In this document: positions 14,935-21,656 of the stretch, piece by piece
Position numbering within the stretch: the first letter of the stretch is position 1
Layout of the letters: the number at the start of each line of letters is the position of its first letter
Virus genome (UHGV): UHGV-0374425
DNA from: a virus
Length of the DNA: 21,656 bases
Direction: 5' to 3' (one strand)
Made by a program: the position numbers and the translations under genes
Notes under the pieces: generated by a model
Databases searched by the model: none
What the model was told of the DNA's origin: nothing
What the model saw: the letters and a program-made list of their open reading frames with translations, nothing else

Positions 14935-16872
14935 TCAGCCGCCGGACGCACTGCCGTAGTTCACTCCGGTGATCACCGCCACCGCCGCGGTACGGCGACG
15001 ACGCCAGTTGATCCAGCGCTCCGCACGGATGGCCACGCTGCCTGTCTGGAACATGGAAACCAGCTCCACCGGCGACGGCGTGGTACTGTCGCCGGTCGGC
15101 TCAGACTGCATTTCCAGTGATGCCTCGCGGGACATATCCACTGCCACGCCGCCGTCATCCGCCAGATAAATATCCGGGGCATTCACCAGCACCAGCTGGT
15201 CACCCACGTACTGAGAGACAATCACCGGCAGCCCCTGGAAGGTCCCCCCCAGCAGGGTCATGTCCGGATATTCCTTCTGACCCAGCGCATTTTTACGCAT
15301 GGACAGTGCCAGGGCATTTGTGCTGGACATCAGCCAGACCGCACCGGTGGGCTGCAGGTTTGCTGCCACAAACTGTCCAAACGCCGCCTCTGCATCCGCA
15401 TCCGGGTTACCGCTTGATGCCGTGCCCTTCACATCATGGGTGATGGACGCCGGGGAGACATCTGCCACCGCCGCTTTTTTCGGGTCCACAAAGTCTGTAT
15501 CCAGACGCGCCACCACCGCTTCCGCCAGCGCATTACGGACCAGTGCATCAGCAGCCGGACTGGAAAAACGGATCAATTCTTCCGTCAGTACCGCAATGGC
15601 CGACACCTTCGCATGACTGAAGGTGATGGATTCAAAATCAAACTTCGTCAGGGGTTTTGCCTTACCCTCCCCCACCCAGCCGGCAGCACCGCCGGACACC
15701 TGGGCGTGCACACGGATATTGAACGGCACCTGACGAAGTGCAGGGATCCCGCCCTGACCAAATCGCCCGATAATGGTCTGAGGACGCAGGTAATCAATAA
15801 AGTCCTGTGCATATTCCTGATATTCAGACAGGCTGCCTGCCCACTGCGGATCCGTGGTGGTCCCCGCGCCCACTGCCGATTTCAGGACATGATGCAGACG
15901 ACTGTCATCAGGATACTGACGACGGGCCACTTCCAGGGCTTCAGAGCGGACACCTTTAGCCGCAGCCAGTGATTTGGCAAAGCGGGCGAAGCCAATCCCC
16001 TTATCCAGTTTCTGCTCCACACGGATCACCGGCGCAGAAGCCACCGCGGCCACATTCCCGTTACCGGCCTGTTTCACCGGCTGCGCCGTGGCGGCCTTAC
16101 CGGCTTCCAGTTCACGCAGGCGCTTCAGGTGCGCATCCACCTGACGGATTTCCGCTGCGGTGTTGTCGTAATGCTCCTCCTCCTCCACATCCAGCGTGCG
16201 CCCTTCCTCTGCGGCTTTGGTCATGACCTCCTCAAGGGAGGCTGCCAGCGCTGCACGCTTGTTTTCAAAACTTTTAATCTGTTCGCCAATATTCATTATG
16301 GTCTTTTCCTTATGAAAAACGGTTGTTGACTGTGCCGCAGCGCCGGCAGAAGATGCGATTTTCACCACCGGTTTCCGGTTGCCGGACGCGGCAGAAAACG
16401 GGCGGTCGTAAGATTTAATGGTCCGGATGGTGCATTCCGCATTCGCGGGCACGGTAACGGCAGACACCTCCATCAGTTCCCAGCGCAGAAAATGCAGTCC
16501 ACCTCCGTCCAGAAAGGTGTATTCATGGGGACGGAAGCCCACGGACAGCCCCCTGACCAGCCCGGTCTTAATGGCCGCCCAGACCTCATCCAGCCGGGCA
16601 GCCAGTTGCGACGGCATATCCGGTACGGGCTTCACCAGTGTTGCCGTGATTTCCAGCCCTTCGCTGACCCGGCGCACCGTACACTGCCCCACCGGGCGGG
16701 AATGGTCATGCTGCCAGAGAAACGGGATCGCACTGCCAAACTCCGCGCCCTCCGGCTCCAGGATGTCACCATCCCGATCCGGAGAAGGCGTTGACGCAAT
16801 CCCGGTGATCACCCGCTCATCCTCACTGAAGGATTTCACCGTCAGCAGGGAGCAGGCCCGTTTAAGAGTCAC
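14935..16872 (-). CDS. Fused prohead protease (HK97 gp4-like) / scaffold-like coiled coil / HK97-family major capsid protein
   Basis: 645 aa; N-terminal about 170 aa has the prohead-protease pattern (...GIASTP..DRDGDIL..GAF...GLSVGF...ELMEVSAVTVPAN); then a charged coiled-coil segment; C-terminal about 400 aa capsid-like; GTG start with AGGAGG RBS. Confidence 0.8.
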   Translation of the reverse strand: MTLKRACSLLTVKSFSEDERVITGIASTPSPDRDGDILEPEGAEFGSAIPFLWQHDHSRPVGQCTVRRVSEGLEITATLVKPVPDMPSQLAARLDEVWAAIKTGLVRGLSVGFRPHEYTFLDGGGLHFLRWELMEVSAVTVPANAECTIRTIKSYDRPFSAASGNRKPVVKIASSAGAAAQSTTVFHKEKTIMNIGEQIKSFENKRAALAASLEEVMTKAAEEGRTLDVEEEEHYDNTAAEIRQVDAHLKRLRELEAGKAATAQPVKQAGNGNVAAVASAPVIRVEQKLDKGIGFARFAKSLAAAKGVRSEALEVARRQYPDDSRLHHVLKSAVGAGTTTDPQWAGSLSEYQEYAQDFIDYLRPQTIIGRFGQGGIPALRQVPFNIRVHAQVSGGAAGWVGEGKAKPLTKFDFESITFSHAKVSAIAVLTEELIRFSSPAADALVRNALAEAVVARLDTDFVDPKKAAVADVSPASITHDVKGTASSGNPDADAEAAFGQFVAANLQPTGAVWLMSSTNALALSMRKNALGQKEYPDMTLLGGTFQGLPVIVSQYVGDQLVLVNAPDIYLADDGGVAVDMSREASLEMQSEPTGDSTTPSPVELVSMFQTGSVAIRAERWINWRRRRTAAVAVITGVNYGSASGG

Positions 16873-16935
16873 ATCAGCCTCCTGAAAATAAAAAAACCGC
16901 CGCAGCGGTCCATGATGGTTACAGGGTGAACAGGG

Positions 16936-18597
16936 TTATATGAAAAAAACCGCATATTCTTTCTTTTTGGGCTCCGGATTCAGGGACATCAGGGATACCG
17001 CATTGAACAGCGCCATCAGCGGGTCAATTTTCCCCCGTCCGCTGGCCTGTTTGGTAATAAGGATGGCGTTACCTTTAGGCTCCACCCGGGCATTGCCAAC
17101 GCACCAGGCCATCAGTGGCTGACCACCATGCACCAGCACTCCCTCAGCCAGTTTGCGCTCGGTGGTTTTGATGGCCCCGCCCAGCTTCCAGCCCTGGCTT
17201 ATCCCCACAACAATTCCGTCGGGGATCCCGGCTTCCGCCAGTGAATCCAGAATCTGCCCCACACCTGACGGGTCAATACCGATATGATCCAGTAACTCAG
17301 CCTCATGAATACGACGCACATACTCCGCCACTTCCGCCGTGTCATCCCCGACCCGACGGACAATCGTCATGTCTCCACAGGCCACAAAATCCTGAAAACG
17401 GGATGCCTCACTCTTCCGTCTGACCACCGCGGTTTCATGCGCCCAGGCATGGCCCCAGCCCAGCCATTCGCGGGTTTCCCTGTCACGGCCAATCACGTAC
17501 ATTCCCAGCAGATCATCCAGGCCCCCGCCGTCAATCCCCACCGTCACCACATCAGCGCGCTGCAGGATATCGTCCAGGCTGACGCGCCTGCCCTGCTGCT
17601 CCCAGAAATCCGCACCCGCCCAGCGGTCAGAACGCAGGGCAAGACCAATTTCCACATTGGCGTGTTTTGACATGAACCCCCGGAATGTATCTTCACCGGC
17701 TTCCCGGGCTTTACGGTACTCCCGGCACAGAAAAGCCTCATCCACTGAATAGCCGAGATTCGGATTGACCATGGCGAGGTTTTCCATCAGCAGGTGAGCT
17801 CCGCTTTCCACCATTTCAGGAGGGTGTTCAAATATCACCGGCAGAAAGTGCGGATCATGAATTTTGCCGTCGCGCACATCCCGGGCGTACTGCAGTTTCT
17901 GTCTGAACACCCCGGCGGGCGGTTCATTCGACTGGGTGGTCGTATACACCACAAATCCTTCCGGACGGGAGGCAAGCCCGCCGATGGCTTCACGTAACAT
18001 GTCTTCCGCTTTGTACTGCTTGCCAAACAGCCACAGTTCATCAATCAGTGTCCCCACGGACTTGATACCGGACACCGTATTCGGATCGGCTGCCACCACC
18101 TTCAGGGTGGTGTCCGTCACCCGATGGGTGATGGTCCGGATATGTGTCTGCACCTGACAGAGGTCATCCAGATCATCGTCCCGTCGAACCATATCCCTGG
18201 CAGGGTTGAAGGCGTTAGCCGCCACCTCCACGGTCGGGGCCAGAATGGTGTAGCCCGCCGCCTGCCGCCAGTTCAGTAACAGCGCCGTCATCATGATCCC
18301 GGCAGCCAGCGTGGACTTGCTGTTTTTCTTGGGGATAAGGATAAAAACTTCCTTGATATGGCGTACACCGGTCTGCGCATCGTAGGAGCCAAACAGGGCC
18401 GCCACCAGGTCAAACACCCACGGTGCACAGGACTCCCCGAACGTAGGGCTACCAGGTGCATCCACTATCCGCAGTTGTTTAAAAATCGCCAGGGCATGTG
18501 CGGCCTCGTCCGGATAAATCGGATCCGGAATAATCGACAGCCCCTTTTTCAGGCGCTCTGCCCAGTCCGGGCAGGCTGTGCTCCATACAGGTATCAT
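16936..18597 (-). CDS. Terminase large subunit
   Basis: 553 aa; Walker A-like PKKNSKST near the N-terminus and a nuclease-like C-terminal region; downstream of and overlapping the small subunit. Confidence 0.9.
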   Translation of the reverse strand: MIPVWSTACPDWAERLKKGLSIIPDPIYPDEAAHALAIFKQLRIVDAPGSPTFGESCAPWVFDLVAALFGSYDAQTGVRHIKEVFILIPKKNSKSTLAAGIMMTALLLNWRQAAGYTILAPTVEVAANAFNPARDMVRRDDDLDDLCQVQTHIRTITHRVTDTTLKVVAADPNTVSGIKSVGTLIDELWLFGKQYKAEDMLREAIGGLASRPEGFVVYTTTQSNEPPAGVFRQKLQYARDVRDGKIHDPHFLPVIFEHPPEMVESGAHLLMENLAMVNPNLGYSVDEAFLCREYRKAREAGEDTFRGFMSKHANVEIGLALRSDRWAGADFWEQQGRRVSLDDILQRADVVTVGIDGGGLDDLLGMYVIGRDRETREWLGWGHAWAHETAVVRRKSEASRFQDFVACGDMTIVRRVGDDTAEVAEYVRRIHEAELLDHIGIDPSGVGQILDSLAEAGIPDGIVVGISQGWKLGGAIKTTERKLAEGVLVHGGQPLMAWCVGNARVEPKGNAILITKQASGRGKIDPLMALFNAVSLMSLNPEPKKKEYAVFFI

Positions 18598-19157
18598 CCG
18601 TTTCCCTCATTATCGTTATTCACCACCAGTCGGGGTGGCGGTGGCACAGCAAAACGGTTAGCCGCTTTTTTCGCGGCATCACCTTTTGCCGATTTTTTCC
18701 CGGTATCCCCTTTTTTATGGTGCGTGAACTGCGCCAGACGCCAGGCCGCATCCAGTGCCAGTTTCGGATCAATGCAGAGGTTTTCCACCAGGATCCGCCC
18801 CATGGCTTTCACCGGATCGGGAAGACCATCCTCCATATATTCAATACCAGGAGACATCACCGCGGACGGTGGCATCTCCGGATTGTTTTCGTCCGGCTGT
18901 GGTATTGCAGCCGCCTCACGGCGACGGGGTTTATCCTCCTGCTCTGATTTTTTCTGCCGGTAAACAGGAACCTCATCCACCTCCACCGTCTCGCATTGTT
19001 TACGGGCTATAAACGCAAGCACCTCCGGATCTTTTGCCAGCTGTGAGCCTTTAACCCTGGCGGTCTTCGCCGAATAACCGGCGGCAATGGCTGACGCTGT
19101 TTTGTTTTTCCCGGACATGAGCGCCAGCGCAAATTTTCGTTTTTGCGTTGTCAGCAC
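18594..19157 (-). CDS. Terminase small subunit
   Basis: 187 aa; N-terminal HTH-like region KRKFALALMSGKNKTASAIAAGYSAKTARVKGSQL typical of small terminase DNA-binding domains; basic/Pro-rich C-terminus; start overlaps TerL. Confidence 0.75.
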   Translation of the reverse strand: MLTTQKRKFALALMSGKNKTASAIAAGYSAKTARVKGSQLAKDPEVLAFIARKQCETVEVDEVPVYRQKKSEQEDKPRRREAAAIPQPDENNPEMPPSAVMSPGIEYMEDGLPDPVKAMGRILVENLCIDPKLALDAAWRLAQFTHHKKGDTGKKSAKGDAAKKAANRFAVPPPPRLVVNNDNEGNG

Positions 19158-19229
19158 AGCCTCCTCCCGGGTCCAGAACGCACTCAGCCGGGTATGGTTC
19201 AGCCCATTTTTCCCGGCGTCTCATGCCGC

Positions 19230-19360
19230 AAATGTTAACTGCTGCCTGGTTAACATTTGCTGAAAAAGCCAGTTAACATTTTTTCCGCACAACAAACTGA
19301 ATAATAAAGATAAAAACCGCAAAAATGCCCGGGCAGCCAGTTAACATGTTAACTGCCCTG
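19230..19360. promoter_or_regulatory. Cluster of five GTTAAC-containing boxes between HNH and TerS; candidate terminase recognition (cos-proximal) sites
   Basis: AAATGTTAAC(19231-19240)...GTTAACATTT(19250-19259) inverted pair; GCCAGTTAACAT at 19268-19279 and 19336-19347; palindrome GTTAACATGTTAAC at 19340-19353. Confidence 0.4.
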
Positions 19361-19446
19361 AAACGGGAATTTTTTCTCTGCGTGAGAGGGGGCGCGGTGT
19401 CCGGAGCGATCGTTTTTTACGCCGGATGATCCCCCCCCGGGTCGGG

Positions 19447-19812
19447 TTACAGTCCGATGATGTCGTCCGCTCTGCCACTACCTCCGGACACCTCCGGCAG
19501 CGTCGGGTCCGGCATACCACCCGCCGCTTCACGAGCAGACTTTTGTCGATGGCATTCGGTACAGAGCGTCCAGAGATTCGTCTCCTCATTACCACCACCG
19601 AACTGAAGTGCAATTCGGTGATCAAGTTCACTGTCACAGAGGTCAACCACACGACCACAGAGACAGCACTGCCCGGCGTCCCTGAGCCAGATATGACGCT
19701 TGAGGGAAACACGTGCACTGCCACTGACACGACGCTGTTCCCCCTTCAGAATATTCACCCGTCGGGTATTCAGTGTTTTGATTCTGCTCTGGAGTGTACG
19801 AAGCTCAGCCAT
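19447..19812 (-). CDS. HNH endonuclease (packaging-associated type)
   Basis: 121 aa; CCLCGR...ELDHRIALQFGG.NEE.NLWTLCTECHRQKS is a clear HNH/zinc-finger motif; sits upstream of the terminase genes. Confidence 0.85.
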   Translation of the reverse strand: MAELRTLQSRIKTLNTRRVNILKGEQRRVSGSARVSLKRHIWLRDAGQCCLCGRVVDLCDSELDHRIALQFGGGNEETNLWTLCTECHRQKSAREAAGGMPDPTLPEVSGGSGRADDIIGL

Positions 19813-19853
19813 GTAAAATCCCCGTCATATGACAATCAGTAAAGGAAATAAAT

Positions 19854-20054
19854 ATGTCATCGAAAAACCGGACCCGCAGAACCACAACCCGCAATATCCG
19901 TTTCCCCAATCACATAATTGAACAAATCAACATAGCCCTTGAGCATAAAGGGTCCGGTAACTTTTCAGCGTGGGTTATTGAAGCCTGCAGGAGAAGGCTG
20001 GCAACAGATGCAACGCATCTGCGCCCGGCCAGCATGAAAAATAACGAGAAATGA
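19854..20054 (+). CDS. Small ribbon-helix-helix-like protein, possibly YlcI/DUF3950-like
   Basis: 66 aa; basic N-terminus then NIRFPNHIIEQINIALEHKG.GNFSAWVIEACRRRL (strand-helix-helix pattern); good RBS AAGGAAA; divergent from HNH; family assignment from memory only. Confidence 0.5.
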   Translation: MSSKNRTRRTTTRNIRFPNHIIEQINIALEHKGSGNFSAWVIEACRRRLATDATHLRPASMKNNEK

Positions 20055-20244
20055 ACGTTCGGTTTCTTCCACCATCGCACCGGACAGGCGACTATGAGGG
20101 GACAACGCCGCGCTCCGTTAACGCGGTAAACCCCGGTGTGCATCGTTTTTGATTATCCCCGCACACTCGCGCAGAGGAGTCTCCCTGTCGGGCTGCGGTC
20201 TCTGTTAATGCAGGAATACGGCGACGATACGGCGCATGGCTATG

Positions 20245-20793
20245 TCAGGCTGAAATGCCTTTATCAAATCCGGGTAACGCAATCTGCCCCTGCTGCTCCA
20301 GCCTGTCCAGCCTTGCCAGCAACTGAGGCTTCTTCACCCTGCCCCAGCGATTGAGCAAACGACCTGACATACTGGCAACATCTTTCTCTTTCATGTACTC
20401 CAGCATTACAGCGTTGCGTTCAGCTTCATAACTTTCACTGAACTTACGGAGTTCAGCGGACATCCAGTTAAAGGCATTAATATAGGCTTCTTTAACGGCA
20501 TCAGCTTTTGCCCCGTTAAATCCCATAACCAGCATAACGAAGCCGCTAAAGTCCATGCGGTAGTAAATCTGCTTCTTGTCGAAAATCCCTAACTCATTGA
20601 TTTTTTCGGCAACGCAAAAATGCGCTCTCCGGAAATCTTCAGAGCAATGGCAATTTTTCAGCGCCCTCAATACGTCCGCATGACGCTTACCAAACGCCTT
20701 AGCGATCTGAAAAGAGTCTGTTATTGGTTCGCCATCTGCCGCTGTTACCAGTTGGCGAAAATCAATACCGTCAACAATCGTCGGATAGTTCAT
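20245..20793 (-). CDS. Rha-family phage regulatory protein
   Basis: 182 aa; N-terminal ...DGEPITDSFQIAKAFGKRHADVLRALKN... is the typical Rha N-terminal domain pattern. Confidence 0.8.
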   Translation of the reverse strand: MNYPTIVDGIDFRQLVTAADGEPITDSFQIAKAFGKRHADVLRALKNCHCSEDFRRAHFCVAEKINELGIFDKKQIYYRMDFSGFVMLVMGFNGAKADAVKEAYINAFNWMSAELRKFSESYEAERNAVMLEYMKEKDVASMSGRLLNRWGRVKKPQLLARLDRLEQQGQIALPGFDKGISA

Positions 20794-20807
20794 CGCGTTT
20801 TACCTTT

Positions 20808-20893
20808 CAGAAAATTGAGCCTGTCTCACAGAAAAGCCGCCCCGAGATGGTCGCCACCATATACGGCAGTTCTCAGGCTCAACTTTCTGAAAG
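20808..20893. repeat. 21-bp inverted repeat (one mismatch) with about 45 bp spacer upstream of Rha
   Basis: CCTTTCAGAAAATTGAGCCTG at 20808-20828 versus CAGGCTCAACTTTCTGAAAGG at about 20872-20892. Confidence 0.6.
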
Positions 20894-20942
20894 GCTCGGG
20901 GATGTGATATGCGCGTGAGATGCGCGGTGAAATTCAGATATG

Positions 20943-20965
20943 AAAAAGCCAGCGATTAAGCTGGC
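20943..20965 (-). terminator. Rho-independent terminator immediately downstream of Rz
   Basis: Minus strand reads GCCAGCTTAATCGCTGGCTTTTTCAT, starting 5 nt after the Rz stop. Confidence 0.65.
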
Positions 20966-20969
20966 TCTG

Positions 20970-21437
20970 TTAATTCAGGCACTGAGTGCGGATATAGTCC
21001 TGTGCCCCTTCCAGCTGCTTCTGCATCAGCATCAACCGCTCTCTGAGGGTGAAATAATCCCGTTCAGCGGTGTCTGCCAGTCGGGGGCCGGTTGCATTAT
21101 CCACGCCGGAGGTGCCGGTGGCTTCACGCACGGTACCGTGGCAGGTGGCGTTGATCCGCAGGCGCTTACGACCAGCGGCAACATCAGCACGCAGAGTTTC
21201 ATTTTCAGCTCTCGCATCAGCTAATTCCCTCGAGTATTTTGCATCGAGCGCAGCAACATCGCGCTGGCGCACCTGCATATCAGTAATGGTGGCGTTTGCC
21301 AGCTCCAGCTCTCTGGCTTTTTTATCGCGCTGCGCTTTGTAGGTGATGGCGTTATCGCGGTAATGGTCTGTTGCCAGCCACAGCGCACCACAGCCACCCG
21401 CCAGGACAATAATCACCACACACAGAACACGGCTCAT
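20970..21437 (-). CDS. Rz: Spanin inner-membrane subunit Rz
   Basis: 155 aa; ...[62 protein letters not shown]...[29 protein letters not shown] matches lambda Rz closely. Confidence 0.9.
   Translation of the reverse strand: MSRVLCVVIIVLAGGCGALWLATDHYRDNAITYKAQRDKKARELELANATITDMQVRQRDVAALDAKYSRELADARAENETLRADVAAGRKRLRINATCHGTVREATGTSGVDNATGPRLADTAERDYFTLRERLMLMQKQLEGAQDYIRTQCLN
21032..21217 (-). CDS. Rz1: Spanin outer-membrane lipoprotein Rz1, embedded in the +1 frame of Rz
   Basis: [19 protein letters not shown]...[32 protein letters not shown] matches lambda Rz1; lipobox-like VSAC; proline-rich; entirely inside Rz. Confidence 0.85.
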   Translation of the reverse strand: MRELKMKLCVLMLPLVVSACGSTPPATVPCVKPPAPPAWIMQPAPDWQTPLNGIISPSESG

Positions 21438-21444
21438 CTCTCTT

Positions 21445-21576
21445 TCACCCCACCAGTCCCGATAACGTCAGGACTCGCCAGGCGGTGGAAAAGAAAATGG
21501 CAACCAGCATGAGTGAAAATGAAATGCCGACAATTACACAGAGGATCTTCGCCAGCGTTATGAGTTTGTCTGACAT
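21445..21576 (-). CDS. Hypothetical small membrane protein (43 aa) just upstream of Rz
   Basis: [43 protein letters not shown]; strong RBS GAAGGGAGGATTAAGC before ATG; one predicted TM helix; not in ORF track (below length cutoff). Confidence 0.35.
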   Translation of the reverse strand: MSDKLITLAKILCVIVGISFSLMLVAIFFSTAWRVLTLSGLVG

Positions 21577-21590
21577 GCTTAATCCTCCCT

Positions 21591-21656
21591 TCACGATTTC
21601 AACGCAATGACCAGTTTTGCCAGCCCATACAGCATCGGGGACACAGCAACACCGAC
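21591..21656 (-). CDS. 3' end of an unidentified ORF running off the window edge (possible lysis-cassette gene)
   Basis: Open frame ending ...VGVAVSPMLYGLAKLVIALKS-stop at 21591; hydrophobic C-terminus; only 21 codons visible. Confidence 0.25.
   Translation of the reverse strand, partial: VGVAVSPMLYGLAKLVIALKS

Noticed and set aside
19341-19730. 129-aa minus-strand ORF overlapping the HNH gene in another frame
   Set aside because: Overlaps the HNH ORF, which has a clear catalytic motif, and extends into the GTTAAC-repeat intergenic region; no RBS.
1-21656. CRISPR arrays, tRNA or rRNA genes, integrase or IS transposase
   Set aside because: No spacer-repeat periodicity, no cloverleaf-capable conserved tRNA segments, and no recombinase or transposase-like ORFs were seen on either strand; the only repeats are the intragenic tandem repeats, the inverted duplications and the short operator and GTTAAC motifs.

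Overview
This window reads as the late (lysis, packaging, head, tail) region of a lambdoid prophage from an enterobacterial host, with essentially all late genes on the minus strand. Reading right to left: Rz/Rz1 spanins, a Rha-family regulator, an HNH endonuclease, a GTTAAC-repeat intergenic region (possible cos), terminase small and large subunits, a fused HK97-type prohead protease/major capsid protein, a portal gene broken by an inverted duplication, a repeat-containing protein, head-tail joining genes, and lambda-like tail genes U, V, G/T (with -1 frameshift site), H, M, L, K and a partial I. Two accessory insertions (morons) sit inside the tail cluster. Between M and L is an OmpC-family porin with an OmpR-box-like upstream sequence. 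Between L and K is a phage P22 immI-like module (divergent mnt and arc-ant, repeated operator motifs, a sar-like antisense RNA candidate) in which the Mnt-like repressor is translationally coupled to a ClpP-family serine peptidase. That Mnt/ClpP-like pair is the best candidate for an undescribed system. Two inversion junctions (in I at the window start and in the portal gene) suggest a decaying prophage or an assembly artifact. All homology statements come from reading the translations against remembered family sequences, not from a database search. No tRNA, rRNA, CRISPR array, integrase or IS element was seen.
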